Source: Bacillota bacterium (GTDB taxonomy: Bacteria; Bacillota; UBA994). Taken from it: a DNA stretch of 64,000 nt. Position numbers and translations under genes: made by a program. Shown here in pieces: positions 9,285 to 19,211 of this stretch; the first letter of the stretch is position 1; the number at the start of each line of letters is the position of its first letter. Under the pieces are notes generated by a model that did no database searches, was not told the origin of the DNA, and saw only the letters and a program-made list of their open reading frames with translations. The stretch spans positions 103,659 through 167,658 of the forward strand of contig JAGXTJ010000055.1 in the NCBI GenBank assembly GCA_018333655.1, read 5' to 3'.

Positions 9285-10160
9285 CTAGCGAGGCTCGAGT
9301 GTAATAATGGCCACCTCAGGTCGTGCCAGAAAGCGCAGAGGTAAGATTACCCACCCTATACCCCGAGAAATGTATAGCCACCCCGTGCCTTCCCACGACA
9401 AACCCTCTATATAGTCGCGCGGGAAGAGGCGACGCGAGCCGTTAGTGATAGCGCCCACTAACGGCAATTTTACTTGCCCACCATGCGTGTGCCCACATAG
9501 GGTGAGCGCCACCCGTCGTAGTATGGCGCGCTCCTCGCGAAAGCGCCCTGCCTTGGCGAAAGCCTCAAAGTAGGAAGGCGAGTGCGCCAAGAGCAAGCAC
9601 ACCTCGTTAGGTGACTCCGGCGGCATGGCCTGTGCTAAGTTGCCGCGGCCGCTAAAGGGGTCGCGCACGCCGACGACATACACACGCGCCGCCTGCCGCT
9701 GCAAAACAACATGCGCATCATCTAGCACAGTGACACCCACGCCCTTAAGTTCCGCGGCGACCTCGTCCCAACCCGCATCATGGTCATGATTGCCGCTGAC
9801 CGCATAAATAGGCATCTCTGTCGACAAGGCCCCCAAGAAGGGCAAGAAAGCCTTTATTTCTTGAACCCTATGCGTGACAAAGTCGCCCGAAATAGTGACG
9901 AAATCAACTTGGGCCTCGCGAATTGCGCGCGCTAGCGTACCATCTGGAGATAGCGCTCGTCCGTGCAAATCAGAGATATGGGCTATCTTTAGCCCTGCAA
10001 ACTCGTGCGGCAAACCCTCCACGGGTATAGTCAACTTTTTCACCTGTAGGGAGAGCGAGTACCACCACAAACCGAGAACAAGTAAGACGCCAACTAAGAG
10101 CGCTGTCAATTGCACGCGACTTACTCCTCCTTCATCGCACTTTTTCGGGGTTCCCTTCAT
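9285..10160 (-). CDS. Membrane-anchored calcineurin-like metallophosphoesterase (YkuE-like)
   Basis: It has an N-terminal TM and the motifs ISDLHG, GDFV and GNHDHD. Confidence 0.75.
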   Translation of the reverse strand: MKGTPKKCDEGGVSRVQLTALLVGVLLVLGLWWYSLSLQVKKLTIPVEGLPHEFAGLKIAHISDLHGRALSPDGTLARAIREAQVDFVTISGDFVTHRVQEIKAFLPFLGALSTEMPIYAVSGNHDHDAGWDEVAAELKGVGVTVLDDAHVVLQRQAARVYVVGVRDPFSGRGNLAQAMPPESPNEVCLLLAHSPSYFEAFAKAGRFREERAILRRVALTLCGHTHGGQVKLPLVGAITNGSRRLFPRDYIEGLSWEGTGWLYISRGIGWVILPLRFLARPEVAIITLEPR

Positions 10161-10806
10161 TTTCTATGTAGTGGTTGAGCTCGGCATGCCAGGCATCCGG
10201 CTCAGAGGTGCCTATTTCTGTACTTTCCCCAAACAAAAGGTCTACAATGTAGCGCGGAGTCTTGCCCCCAATGTGCATCGACTTTATGCAAGAGACGCAG
10301 TAGACGACTACTTCTGGCACTGGCATGGCCTCGGCACGCCTACGCATGCGTTCTTTCACCTCATCGACCGGCAAGACGCCATAGAAGCTATCGCCGCAGC
10401 ACACTGCGGTAGCACGCGATGAATCGGTTTCCCTGACAGATATATTCATGCGTTCTAGGAGACGCCGTATGGCGATATGAACGCGATCCTCGGTGCGTGT
10501 GGGACAGGCATCTTGCACAGTCATCATCTGACCGCCATAGTCAGGAAAGGGGAAAGTGTCGTCCTCTGCCAGCACCTCCCACAGCGAAATGGTAGTTAAA
10601 CCTGCGTACTGCGCGCGAAAGCGGCGGTCGCAGCCAGCACAAGTATTTACTAGCTGCGACCCCTCGGGTAAGGGGGGAGCATGCCGGCAACACGCGGTAT
10701 ATAGAGGTATGTCGTCCCCTCCCCTCTGCAAAAAGGTGTGTACCTTCTTAGCTAAGGCAGGCTTGTAGACCATGAGGGCGCAACCAGGAGCATAAACTTT
10801 TTTCAT
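10132..10806 (-). CDS. Cysteine-rich (CCG-like, two repeats) putative Fe-S binding protein
   Basis: Two C…CC…CxxC modules (TACCRH…CAGC and AVCCGD…CVSC) resemble HdrB/LutA CCG domains. Confidence 0.45.
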   Translation of the reverse strand: MKKVYAPGCALMVYKPALAKKVHTFLQRGGDDIPLYTACCRHAPPLPEGSQLVNTCAGCDRRFRAQYAGLTTISLWEVLAEDDTFPFPDYGGQMMTVQDACPTRTEDRVHIAIRRLLERMNISVRETDSSRATAVCCGDSFYGVLPVDEVKERMRRRAEAMPVPEVVVYCVSCIKSMHIGGKTPRYIVDLLFGESTEIGTSEPDAWHAELNHYIENEGNPEKVR

Positions 10807-10817
10807 AGTAACCTCCG

Positions 10818-11180
10818 CTATCTTCTCAGTAATACCACCGTAACGCCGGCATTGCCAGCTATGCTGGCTTCGCAGCTGGCCAGATCGCTACAGATGCCGA
10901 CAAATTCCCGCTTCTTAAGCGACCACTCGTCGCCACCCACAAAGTCGCGCACGACGCCGCACAGACTAGTCTCGCGCAGACTTTTCTTGACGGCACTCTT
11001 GATGGCACCACCCGTGCCCGATGAACCATAGCCATGGATAACAATCACGGCTCGGTATCCCATGCGCTTGTAAGTAAGCAAGGCATTGATCAGCGTTCTG
11101 ATGGCCTCTGCCACTAGCGGCTGCCCTGCCTCTAAGTTTAGCTCGATAACTTTTCCTTTTGGTAGTCCATTACTTCTCAC
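10818..11180 (-). CDS. Smr domain protein
   Basis: VIVIHGYGSSGTGG matches the Smr HGxG motif in a 120-aa protein. Confidence 0.6.
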   Translation of the reverse strand: MRSNGLPKGKVIELNLEAGQPLVAEAIRTLINALLTYKRMGYRAVIVIHGYGSSGTGGAIKSAVKKSLRETSLCGVVRDFVGGDEWSLKKREFVGICSDLASCEASIAGNAGVTVVLLRR

Positions 11181-12547
11181 TTCTCCATCAAGACACCCTT
11201 CTGCAACGCTGTCTCGGACATAGCTACACGGCCCTCAAACTGCAGACCGCGCACCCACAGCGCAGTTACAAACAATAGTACACCGGTAAAAATAAATACG
11301 CCCTGAATTGAGAAGGCCTCGCCAATGGCTCCTCCCACCATCGGGCCTAGGAAAAAGCCAAACTGGGCGAAACTCGAGCTAAAGCCAAAGGCGCGACCGC
11401 GAAAATCTGCCGTCACGGACTTAGCGATCAAAGAATGGCAGGCTGGCATTAGTGCGGCTATAAAGAGACCGTAGGCAAACCTATATAGCCCGAGAGACCA
11501 GAGATCACGGGCGAAGATGTGCAGCAGTGCCAGTATGCCGCCACCCACAAGCCCTGCCGTAAGGACAAAACGAAAACCGCGTTTTTCGCCTACACTTCCC
11601 CAGCGGGGCGCAGCAATAACTGTCGCAATTCCCACGAGAGAGAAGATGGCCCCGGTAGCGAGTTCGCCGCTTCCGCCCCCACCAACTTCCTGCACAAAGA
11701 GGGGTAGCACCGGCTGCAAGAACGAGGCTGCGGCTTGGAACAACAAGACAACCAGCAGCATGCTGAGCAAAAAGCGGTGCGAAAAAGTGAACTTAAGGTC
11801 GCGCCACAAATCTGTCTTCATTTGTGCCTTGCCAACCACCGTCTCACGCACACCCCATACAACTATGGCTGAGGCCGCCAAGAGCATCACGCCCGCCCAG
11901 AGCAAAGTGTACTTGATGCCCAAAAAGTGACTGGTGACCCCACCAATCAAGGGCCCCATTATGGCCCCTAGGGCTCCTCCCGTCTGGAGAAAGCCGAGGG
12001 CTGAGCCTAGCTTTTCGTCTGGAGTGTTGCAAGCCACTAAGGCTGTGGAGGCCGGAATAAAACCGCTCACCAGTCCATTCAATAATCGCAAGACGATTAC
12101 CTGCCACAATGAAGTGGCATAGGCCATAACTACGTAAATGACGGCCATGCCCAGGCCAGCGCGCACAATCATAACCTTGCGGCCATGTTTATCGGCTAAG
12201 GCCCCCCACACCGGAGCCATAAAACTACTCATTAAGAAACTCGCCGAAATGGCGATGCCTGTCCATAGTTTAAGATTGTGCCCGACACCAACTTCACGCA
12301 AAATGTTCGGCATAAATGGACTGACGATGGAAAAACTCATGCCCGCCACAAAGGTACCCACCCACAAGACGAATAGATTTTTGCGCCACTGCTCCACGCA
12401 CCCTACGCCTCCCTGCTCTCTGCTGTCTTCAGCTATTGGTTGCCCTGTTGCGGCTGAATTACAAGACAGCGCTTTCGTGTCAAAGTGCTCCGCACTTCTT
12501 CTATATACGAAATTATAACAGAAACAAGTAGACCGCGACAGTAGCAT
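11177..12547 (-). CDS. MFS transporter (12 TM)
   Basis: The hydropathy pattern fits, and there are DHGRK-like loop motifs. The true start is probably downstream of the ORF-track start (a non-ATG start near …WRKNLFVLWVG). Confidence 0.7.
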   Translation of the reverse strand: MLLSRSTCFCYNFVYRRSAEHFDTKALSCNSAATGQPIAEDSREQGGVGCVEQWRKNLFVLWVGTFVAGMSFSIVSPFMPNILREVGVGHNLKLWTGIAISASFLMSSFMAPVWGALADKHGRKVMIVRAGLGMAVIYVVMAYATSLWQVIVLRLLNGLVSGFIPASTALVACNTPDEKLGSALGFLQTGGALGAIMGPLIGGVTSHFLGIKYTLLWAGVMLLAASAIVVWGVRETVVGKAQMKTDLWRDLKFTFSHRFLLSMLLVVLLFQAAASFLQPVLPLFVQEVGGGGSGELATGAIFSLVGIATVIAAPRWGSVGEKRGFRFVLTAGLVGGGILALLHIFARDLWSLGLYRFAYGLFIAALMPACHSLIAKSVTADFRGRAFGFSSSFAQFGFFLGPMVGGAIGEAFSIQGVFIFTGVLLFVTALWVRGLQFEGRVAMSETALQKGVLMEK

Positions 12548-12577
12548 CTGGCTACAGCGCGGCCTACTTTTCTTTGT

Positions 12578-15500
12578 CTAAGCCTCTTCGGGCTCGTGAC
12601 CATTTCGCCTGCGCAAAGTAACCAAGTCGTAGGCGATGGGAATGATGTAGAGCGTCAAGATGGTGGAGACTGTGAGCCCCCCAATGACCGCAATACCCAG
12701 GGGCTGCTGCATTTCGGCACCAGAACCAGGCATAACGGCTAGGGGCACCAGCGCCAGTACCGTTGTGGCGGTTGTCATAAGAATCGGCCTTAGACGCACA
12801 CCGGCCGCCTCTACAATAGCCTCTTCCACTCCCTTACCCCGCTCACGCAACTGATTGATGTAGTCAACAAGCACGATGGCATTATTGACCACGATGCCGG
12901 CCAGGACGATAATGCCCATAACTGAGGGCACGCTGAGCGTAGTTCCAGTAAAGAACAAGGCAAGTAGCACCCCAATGATCGCTAAGGGCAGGCTGAACAT
13001 CACGATAAGTGGGTACAGCAAGGACTCAAATTGTGCGGCCATGACCATGTACACCAATACTATGGCCAGCACCAACGCTAGAGTCAAGCCATCAAAGGCC
13101 TCTCTCATTTCAGACATTTCGCCGGCAATTTCGTAACTGTAGTCATCAGGCAGCGAGAGTGTCTGCAGTTTTTGCTCTACATCGCGCGACACGCTTTGTA
13201 GGTCGCGCTCGGCAATGCTAGCAGAAATTGACACTACTCTTTGGTTGTTCAGACGTCTAATAGCCGCCGGGCCAACGCCGGGCTCTACACTGGCGACGTC
13301 TTTGAGTCTGACAATACGGCCCTGTGGAGCTGCCACCATAAGATTTTCGAGGGCACTTAGATTTTGGCGAGCCGCTTCGGTTAGCCTAACGGTGACATCA
13401 ATCTCTCGCCCCTCACGCGAAACACGGGCCACCGTCTCTCCTTGGAAAGCAGTGCGCACCGCACTAGCTACAGCCATGGGCGAGACACCTAGCTCGGCCG
13501 CTTCTGTCCTCTTGACCCGAATGACGAATTCAGAGGCACCCACCCCCATATTGTCCGTCACTTCGGTGATGCCCTCCACTTCGGCTAAGGCGTTCTTAAT
13601 CTCGTCCGCATGTAGGCGCAGACCCTCAAGACTCGGGCCAGAAAGATTGACTTGCACTGGCGAACCCGTGCCAAACATGCCCCCACCCATGCCGGCCACG
13701 CTATCGGCAACCACTGTGGCCCCGGCAAAAGTGGCATACTGCTCATTAAGGTCTGCGGCTAAGTCTGCCCCGCTTTGCCCGGGGTGCAGCACCACAGTCA
13801 TGGTGGCCCTATTACGCCTTGCGCTACCGCCACCCATGATGGGGCCACGAGTTCCCGTCACCCCGATAGACGTGGCCACTGACAAAACTTCGCCCCGGGC
13901 TATAAGCTCTGCTTCAATTTCTCGAGCCACCCTGTCTGTCTCCGCGAACGCACTGCCACTTGGCAGGGTCACGGTTACGCGTAGTTCCCCTTGATCCATA
14001 GGGGGGATAAACTCACCTCCAAGGTGAGGAAAAGTCAGCAAGCTACCTCCCAAGAGAACGAGAGTGACCAACATGACCAGCGGCTTCCTCTGTAACGCCC
14101 ACCTTAGGCTGCGCTGGTAAGGGGAATAACGCGCTTGGCGTTCCGTACTAATTTTGGGACGGGCTCGAAGCAAGGTGGCTGCCAGCATGGGCACCACTAA
14201 GAGCGCTACCGCCAAACTGGCTATTAGCGAGAAACTAACGGTCAAAGCGAGCTCTCTAAACATCAGCCCCGTAATGCCCCCGACAAAGGCTACGGGCAAG
14301 AAGACGGCCACTGTCGTCAGCGTAGACGCAGATATGGCCATGGCCACCTCTTCAGCCCCCCGCCGCGCCGCGAGCAAACTGTCGACGCCCTCCTCTTGCA
14401 GACGAAAGATGTTCTCGAGCACGACGATAGAGTTATCAACGAGCATCCCTATGCCTAGCGCTAGCCCCATAAGAGTCATGAGGTTGAGTGTCAGGTTGCC
14501 AAAGTAGATAAGCACAAAGGTCGCCACCACCGATATTGGTACTGCCAAGGCGATAATAAGAGTAGTGGTAATGCTCTTTAAGAAGACGAATAACACCAGC
14601 ACGGCAATGATGCCACCGTACAGGGCATTTGTGCCGACTGAGCCAATGGCCTGCTCGATAAAGCGCGACTGATCCTGGGTCGCAACTATAGCCAAGTCCG
14701 GATAATCAGTCCGCATCATATCTAGCTCAGCTTTGACTAGGTTCGCTACTAGGACTGTATTAGCGCCAGACTCTTTTTGCATGCGCAGCGACACCGCTGG
14801 CAAAGAATTTAAGCGCATAACTGACTGAGCAAAGGGGTTAGCCAGAGCCACTGTAGCGACCTGCTTTAAGAGCACCGGCTCGAGGCTGGTTGTAAACTGC
14901 GGCTCCATTAAGGCAGGGGGTAGATTTACACCCGCCGGCAAAGGCAGGCGCACAGCCACGGGGGCTGGCGTGCGTATAGTTCGCATACCCACGACTAAAT
15001 TCTCTACTTCGGTCAAAGAAACTAGTTGCCCGACACTCCTAATTAACACTTCTTCGCCCTCGATGTTAAGGACACCGCCAGGCATACTCATGCTCGCGGT
15101 GCGCAAGCTGCCGGTAATCTGGGCGAGAGTTATACCTAGGGCCTCGCTCCTCGCGGGGTCGACACTGACTTCGATGACCGACTGCTGGCCCCCGACCACC
15201 GTCACTGAGGCCACGCCAGGCAGCCTTTCGATACGAGCGGCTAGAGTGCGGTCGGCCAAGTCGCGTAATTCGGCCGAAGTTAGTTTGTCCGAACCGATGT
15301 CCGTCACCATGATGGGCATCATCGCGGGGTCAAACTTAAGGACGGTGGGCGTGCCGACTTCGGCGGGGAAGAATCGCTTGGCTAAATCGACTTTTTCACG
15401 CATCTCTAGCGTGGCAAAATCCATATTAGTTCCCCAGTTAAAAGAAATGGTGATGACCGCTTGCCCTTCGGAGGATGTCGACTCTACCTCGCGCATATTG

Positions 15501-15724
15501 CTCACCGTGGCGAGAGTGGCCTCTAGGGGCCGCGTGACCAGGGCTTCAATTTCTTGCGGAGCGGCCCCAGGGAAGGTGACCACAACCGCGGCCATGGGAA
15601 ACTCCATGTTGGGGAGCAGGTCGACGGGGGTGCGCGTGTAAGACATCACCCCAAGGACGAGAGTAACTAAGACCATCATCAACACGGTAATGCGTTTTTT
15701 GGTGGCAAAAGCGGGGATAGACAA
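12578..15724 (-). CDS. RND (AcrB/SwrC-family) efflux transporter
   Basis: It is a 1048-aa 12-TM protein with two large periplasmic loops. No membrane-fusion-protein gene is adjacent, as is typical for Firmicute SwrC-like RND pumps. Confidence 0.85.
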   Translation of the reverse strand: MSIPAFATKKRITVLMMVLVTLVLGVMSYTRTPVDLLPNMEFPMAAVVVTFPGAAPQEIEALVTRPLEATLATVSNMREVESTSSEGQAVITISFNWGTNMDFATLEMREKVDLAKRFFPAEVGTPTVLKFDPAMMPIMVTDIGSDKLTSAELRDLADRTLAARIERLPGVASVTVVGGQQSVIEVSVDPARSEALGITLAQITGSLRTASMSMPGGVLNIEGEEVLIRSVGQLVSLTEVENLVVGMRTIRTPAPVAVRLPLPAGVNLPPALMEPQFTTSLEPVLLKQVATVALANPFAQSVMRLNSLPAVSLRMQKESGANTVLVANLVKAELDMMRTDYPDLAIVATQDQSRFIEQAIGSVGTNALYGGIIAVLVLFVFLKSITTTLIIALAVPISVVATFVLIYFGNLTLNLMTLMGLALGIGMLVDNSIVVLENIFRLQEEGVDSLLAARRGAEEVAMAISASTLTTVAVFLPVAFVGGITGLMFRELALTVSFSLIASLAVALLVVPMLAATLLRARPKISTERQARYSPYQRSLRWALQRKPLVMLVTLVLLGGSLLTFPHLGGEFIPPMDQGELRVTVTLPSGSAFAETDRVAREIEAELIARGEVLSVATSIGVTGTRGPIMGGGSARRNRATMTVVLHPGQSGADLAADLNEQYATFAGATVVADSVAGMGGGMFGTGSPVQVNLSGPSLEGLRLHADEIKNALAEVEGITEVTDNMGVGASEFVIRVKRTEAAELGVSPMAVASAVRTAFQGETVARVSREGREIDVTVRLTEAARQNLSALENLMVAAPQGRIVRLKDVASVEPGVGPAAIRRLNNQRVVSISASIAERDLQSVSRDVEQKLQTLSLPDDYSYEIAGEMSEMREAFDGLTLALVLAIVLVYMVMAAQFESLLYPLIVMFSLPLAIIGVLLALFFTGTTLSVPSVMGIIVLAGIVVNNAIVLVDYINQLRERGKGVEEAIVEAAGVRLRPILMTTATTVLALVPLAVMPGSGAEMQQPLGIAVIGGLTVSTILTLYIIPIAYDLVTLRRRNGHEPEEA

Positions 15725-16309
15725 TTATATTCCTCCTGACTTAACAATGCCGCTGGTTACTAACTTGGTCAGTGTAGCGATTACCGAGTCGAGATCGGCA
15801 ACCGGATCCGCCTTGTCAAAGGCAAAAATAGAATGATTGATGCTGCCGGCAATGGCTCGCGCCATGATCGCAGCGTCAAACTCTGCCAACACACCTAACG
15901 CTTGCCCGCGCTCAAGTATACCGTGGACAAAAGTGAAGTACTGCTGATAACTAGCCATCAGCTCCTGGCTAAACTCCTTGGGGAGAGTCACCAAGTCGGA
16001 CTGGCTCATCAGCACTTTAGCAAAACCGATATGTCGATATGTCTGTGTGGCATGCTCTTTGATAAGAGCTTCAATTTGTTTTACCGGGGATACCTCACTA
16101 TCCACTTTCTCTTTGATGGCTGCCCCCATTCCCTCAATGCCTCGGCGAAAAAGAGCAGCTAGGAGGCTATCTTTACTGCGAAAGTAAAGATACACCGTAC
16201 CCTTGGCCACACCTGCCCTCTCGGCAATTTCTTCAATAGAAGCTTCGTGACAACCTTTTTCTGTGACCACTTCTAGTGCCGCCTGGAGAATAAGCTCTTG
16301 CTTGCCCAT
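15725..16309 (-). CDS. TetR/AcrR-family transcriptional regulator
   Basis: The N-terminal HTH reads …GCHEASIEEIAERAGVAKGTVYLYFRSKDSLL. It lies immediately upstream of the RND gene. Confidence 0.85.
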   Translation of the reverse strand: MGKQELILQAALEVVTEKGCHEASIEEIAERAGVAKGTVYLYFRSKDSLLAALFRRGIEGMGAAIKEKVDSEVSPVKQIEALIKEHATQTYRHIGFAKVLMSQSDLVTLPKEFSQELMASYQQYFTFVHGILERGQALGVLAEFDAAIMARAIAGSINHSIFAFDKADPVADLDSVIATLTKLVTSGIVKSGGI

Positions 16310-16318
16310 GCGCCCTCC

Positions 16319-16342
16319 TTATGACTGACTGGTCAGTCATAA
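16319..16342. promoter_or_regulatory. 24-bp near-perfect palindrome TTATGACTGACTGGTCAGTCATAA, a candidate TetR operator
   Basis: It is seen directly 10 nt upstream of the tetR start codon, in the tetR / prolyl-oligopeptidase divergent region. Confidence 0.6.
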
Positions 16343-16440
16343 CTATTCTAAGCGGAGTCAAAACGAAAGTCAATTTACGAGAGGAATATCTGACCTAGCG
16401 GCGAATCTAACCATAGTTTCTTAAATACGGGAGGTGGCTT

Positions 16441-18465
16441 ATGCGAAGACAAGATGTAGTTGTCGATGATTTTCATGGTACGAAGGTAAGAGACCCCTAT
16501 CGTTATCTGGAGGACGAAAAAGACCCCGCCACTCTAAGCTTTATTGCCGAACATGCGGCTCGTGCCGCGGACTTTTTGTCGGCCCTTCCTAGCCGGGAGG
16601 AAATCAAAAAAAGGCTCACCGAGCTATGGGACTACCCCAAGCACGGTGCGCCAAGAAAAGTGGCAGACAAGTATTACTATCTGAAGAACGATGGTCTGCA
16701 AAACCAAGCCGTATTCTACCGGCTAGACACCTTAGGTGGCACACCAGAAATAATCCTCGACCCCAACACTTTAAGCAGCGATGGCACTGTTGCCCTCGCG
16801 ACCACTTCCGTCTCTCGTGACGGCAAGCTTCTGGCGTATGCCTGCTCGTCCAGCGGCAGCGACTGGCAAGAAGTGCGCGTCAAGGATTTAGAAAGTGGCC
16901 AGACCTACGCTGATGTACTGCACCACGTCAAATATACCAGTCTATCGTGGCTGCCTGATAGTAGCGGCTTCTTTTACAGCCGTTTTCCTGACCCTGCAAC
17001 CGTACCGCCAGAGGAGCAAAGCTACCACAGCAAAATATACTTTCATCGAGTAGGTACGGATCAGCTCTGCGATGAGCTGATTTACGAACGTCCTGACGCC
17101 AAGGAACTAGGCTTCGCGGCACAGGTGTCTGAAGACGGTGCTTACCTATACATCTATGTGTGGCATGGCACGGACCCCGAAAACAGATTCTACTACCAGA
17201 GCCTCGCCCCACGGGGCGAAACTGTCCGCCTCCTCGATGACGCCGATGCCAGCTACGAAGTACTAGGCAATGATGGCCATATGTTTTACTTTTTGACCAA
17301 CCTTGAGGCCCCACATGGCAGGGTCATTGCCATAGATATTTTGCGCCCTGAACGAGCCAACTGGAAAGAAATCATTGCCGCGACAGGCGACACCATCGCC
17401 GACGCCAAGTTCTACAACCGCAAATTTGTCGTGACCTACCTCACTCACGCGCATCACCAAGTTGCAATATATAGCCAAAGCGGCCGGCGCGAAAGGGGCA
17501 TCGAACTCCCCACCCTAGGCTCGCTCATCAGCACTACAGGGCAGATGAAGGATAGCGAAATGTTCCTTAGTTTTACTTCTTTTCTGTTTCCCACCACTGT
17601 CTATCGCTATGATTTTACCGACCATACTCTCTCCCCCCTGTGGGCGGGAAACGTAAAATTCGACCCCACGGACTATGAAACCAAGCAAGAGTTTTGTATC
17701 TCGCCGGACGGCACGCGTATTCCGCTCTTTATCACTCACAAGAAGGGGCTGGCGCGTTCTCATCAGACACCCACCCTTCTCTACGGCTATGGCGGCTTCA
17801 ATGTCAACATGACCCCCTTCTTTTCCGTCGACAACCTCGTCTGGATGGAGCGCGGCGGGGTCTATGCCCTAGCTGTTCTCCGCGGCGGAGGCGAGTACGG
17901 CGAAAACTGGCACCGTGCTGGCATGTTGGCTAAGAAGCAGAATGTCTTTGACGATTTTCATGCCGCGGCAAGGCACCTTGTAAGCGCTGGGTATACCTCG
18001 CCTCGCCACCTCGCCATTATGGGGGGTAGCAATGGCGGCCTGCTGGTAGCTGCCTGCATGCTGCAGCGGCCCGAGCTATATGGCGCAGTTATCTGCCAGG
18101 TGCCGGTCATAGATATGTTACGCTACCATAAATTTACCGTCGGTCGCTACTGGGTAGGCGAGTACGGCAACGCCGAAGCAAGCGAGGAGCACTTTAAATT
18201 CATGCATGCCTACTCGCCACTGCACAATGTAAAGTCTGGCGTGGACTACCCGCCCACCCTCATTATGACCGCCGACACCGACGACCGCGTGGTGCCAGCC
18301 CATGCTTTTAAGTTCATGGCCACCCTAGAAGAGCACTACCAAGGCCAGAACCCTCTGCTTTTACGCATAGAAATAAAGGCCGGCCATGGAGCTGGCAAGC
18401 CTACCGCAAAAATTATTGATGAAGATGCCGATATCTATGCCTTTCTAACCGCTACCATCTGCTAA
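16441..18465 (+). CDS. Prolyl oligopeptidase (S9A family)
   Basis: There is an N-terminal beta-propeller region and a C-terminal alpha/beta hydrolase with the GGSNGGLL nucleophile elbow, plus D and H residues. Confidence 0.85.
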   Translation: MRRQDVVVDDFHGTKVRDPYRYLEDEKDPATLSFIAEHAARAADFLSALPSREEIKKRLTELWDYPKHGAPRKVADKYYYLKNDGLQNQAVFYRLDTLGGTPEIILDPNTLSSDGTVALATTSVSRDGKLLAYACSSSGSDWQEVRVKDLESGQTYADVLHHVKYTSLSWLPDSSGFFYSRFPDPATVPPEEQSYHSKIYFHRVGTDQLCDELIYERPDAKELGFAAQVSEDGAYLYIYVWHGTDPENRFYYQSLAPRGETVRLLDDADASYEVLGNDGHMFYFLTNLEAPHGRVIAIDILRPERANWKEIIAATGDTIADAKFYNRKFVVTYLTHAHHQVAIYSQSGRRERGIELPTLGSLISTTGQMKDSEMFLSFTSFLFPTTVYRYDFTDHTLSPLWAGNVKFDPTDYETKQEFCISPDGTRIPLFITHKKGLARSHQTPTLLYGYGGFNVNMTPFFSVDNLVWMERGGVYALAVLRGGGEYGENWHRAGMLAKKQNVFDDFHAAARHLVSAGYTSPRHLAIMGGSNGGLLVAACMLQRPELYGAVICQVPVIDMLRYHKFTVGRYWVGEYGNAEASEEHFKFMHAYSPLHNVKSGVDYPPTLIMTADTDDRVVPAHAFKFMATLEEHYQGQNPLLLRIEIKAGHGAGKPTAKIIDEDADIYAFLTATIC

Positions 18466-18476
18466 AGTACAGTCAC

Positions 18477-19211
18477 TTAGGCGAGAGTCTCGGTGCGCGA
18501 CCCCACAGAGACAAAATCGCGCAGAAAACCTGGCCGAGGGTTCGCCAGCACCACACTCGGTGGGCCGTCAGCTATGATACGGCCATCATTCATGACCAAC
18601 AGGCGATCGGCGAGATGAGCGACCTCACTGTAAGAGTGAGTCACCAACACGCCGGTCGTCCTGCTTTCTGTCAGCCAACCACGCAAATGACGCAGGATGT
18701 AGGCTTGCGACTCCACGTCGAGGCCAGAAAATGGTTCGTCAAGAAATAGTATTTGTGGGCTAGTGATTAGTGCGCGCGCCAAACTCACCCTTGCTCCTTC
18801 GCCGCCGCTCAGCGTCTGTGGGAGACGTGCGGCCAGGTTTTCTGCCTGCACGAGGGAGAGCCACTTGCGCGCGGCAATTTCAGCCTCACCGCGCCCCATA
18901 CCCCTAAGGAGCAAAGGAAGGGCGACATTGTAGAGCACATCTCCCCGCAAGAAGGCAGGGCTTTGGAAACCATGGGCATACTGACGCATAATTGCCAGAC
19001 GTTCATGCTGTAGGTTTTTCACTTGCCCATGCAGCACGTAAGCAGAACAAGAAAAGGCGGCCAACAGGCCTAAGGCCTTAACGAGGGAAGACTTGCCCGC
19101 GCCATTTCGCCCAATAATGGCCACAAATGGCCCCTCGCTCAAACAAATTCTCTCAATGCCGAGAATCTTACGTTCGTGGCGTACCATATTAATATCACGC
19201 ACTTCAAGCAC
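18477..19211 (-). CDS. ABC transporter ATPase of a molybdate/tungstate-type (ModC/TupC-like) system
   Basis: It has Walker A GRNGAGKSS, LSGGE and LFLDEP. I trimmed the start to GTG 19211 (an AAGGAGA RBS), which overlaps the permease stop by 8 nt. Confidence 0.7.
   Translation of the reverse strand: MLEVRDINMVRHERKILGIERICLSEGPFVAIIGRNGAGKSSLVKALGLLAAFSCSAYVLHGQVKNLQHERLAIMRQYAHGFQSPAFLRGDVLYNVALPLLLRGMGRGEAEIAARKWLSLVQAENLAARLPQTLSGGEGARVSLARALITSPQILFLDEPFSGLDVESQAYILRHLRGWLTESRTTGVLVTHSYSEVAHLADRLLVMNDGRIIADGPPSVVLANPRPGFLRDFVSVGSRTETLA

Noticed and set aside
11517-15641. Numerous 60-260-aa ORFs antisense to the MFS and RND genes
   Set aside because: They are typical GC-rich antisense open frames, with Ala/Arg/Ser/Thr-rich low-complexity translations and no independent signals.
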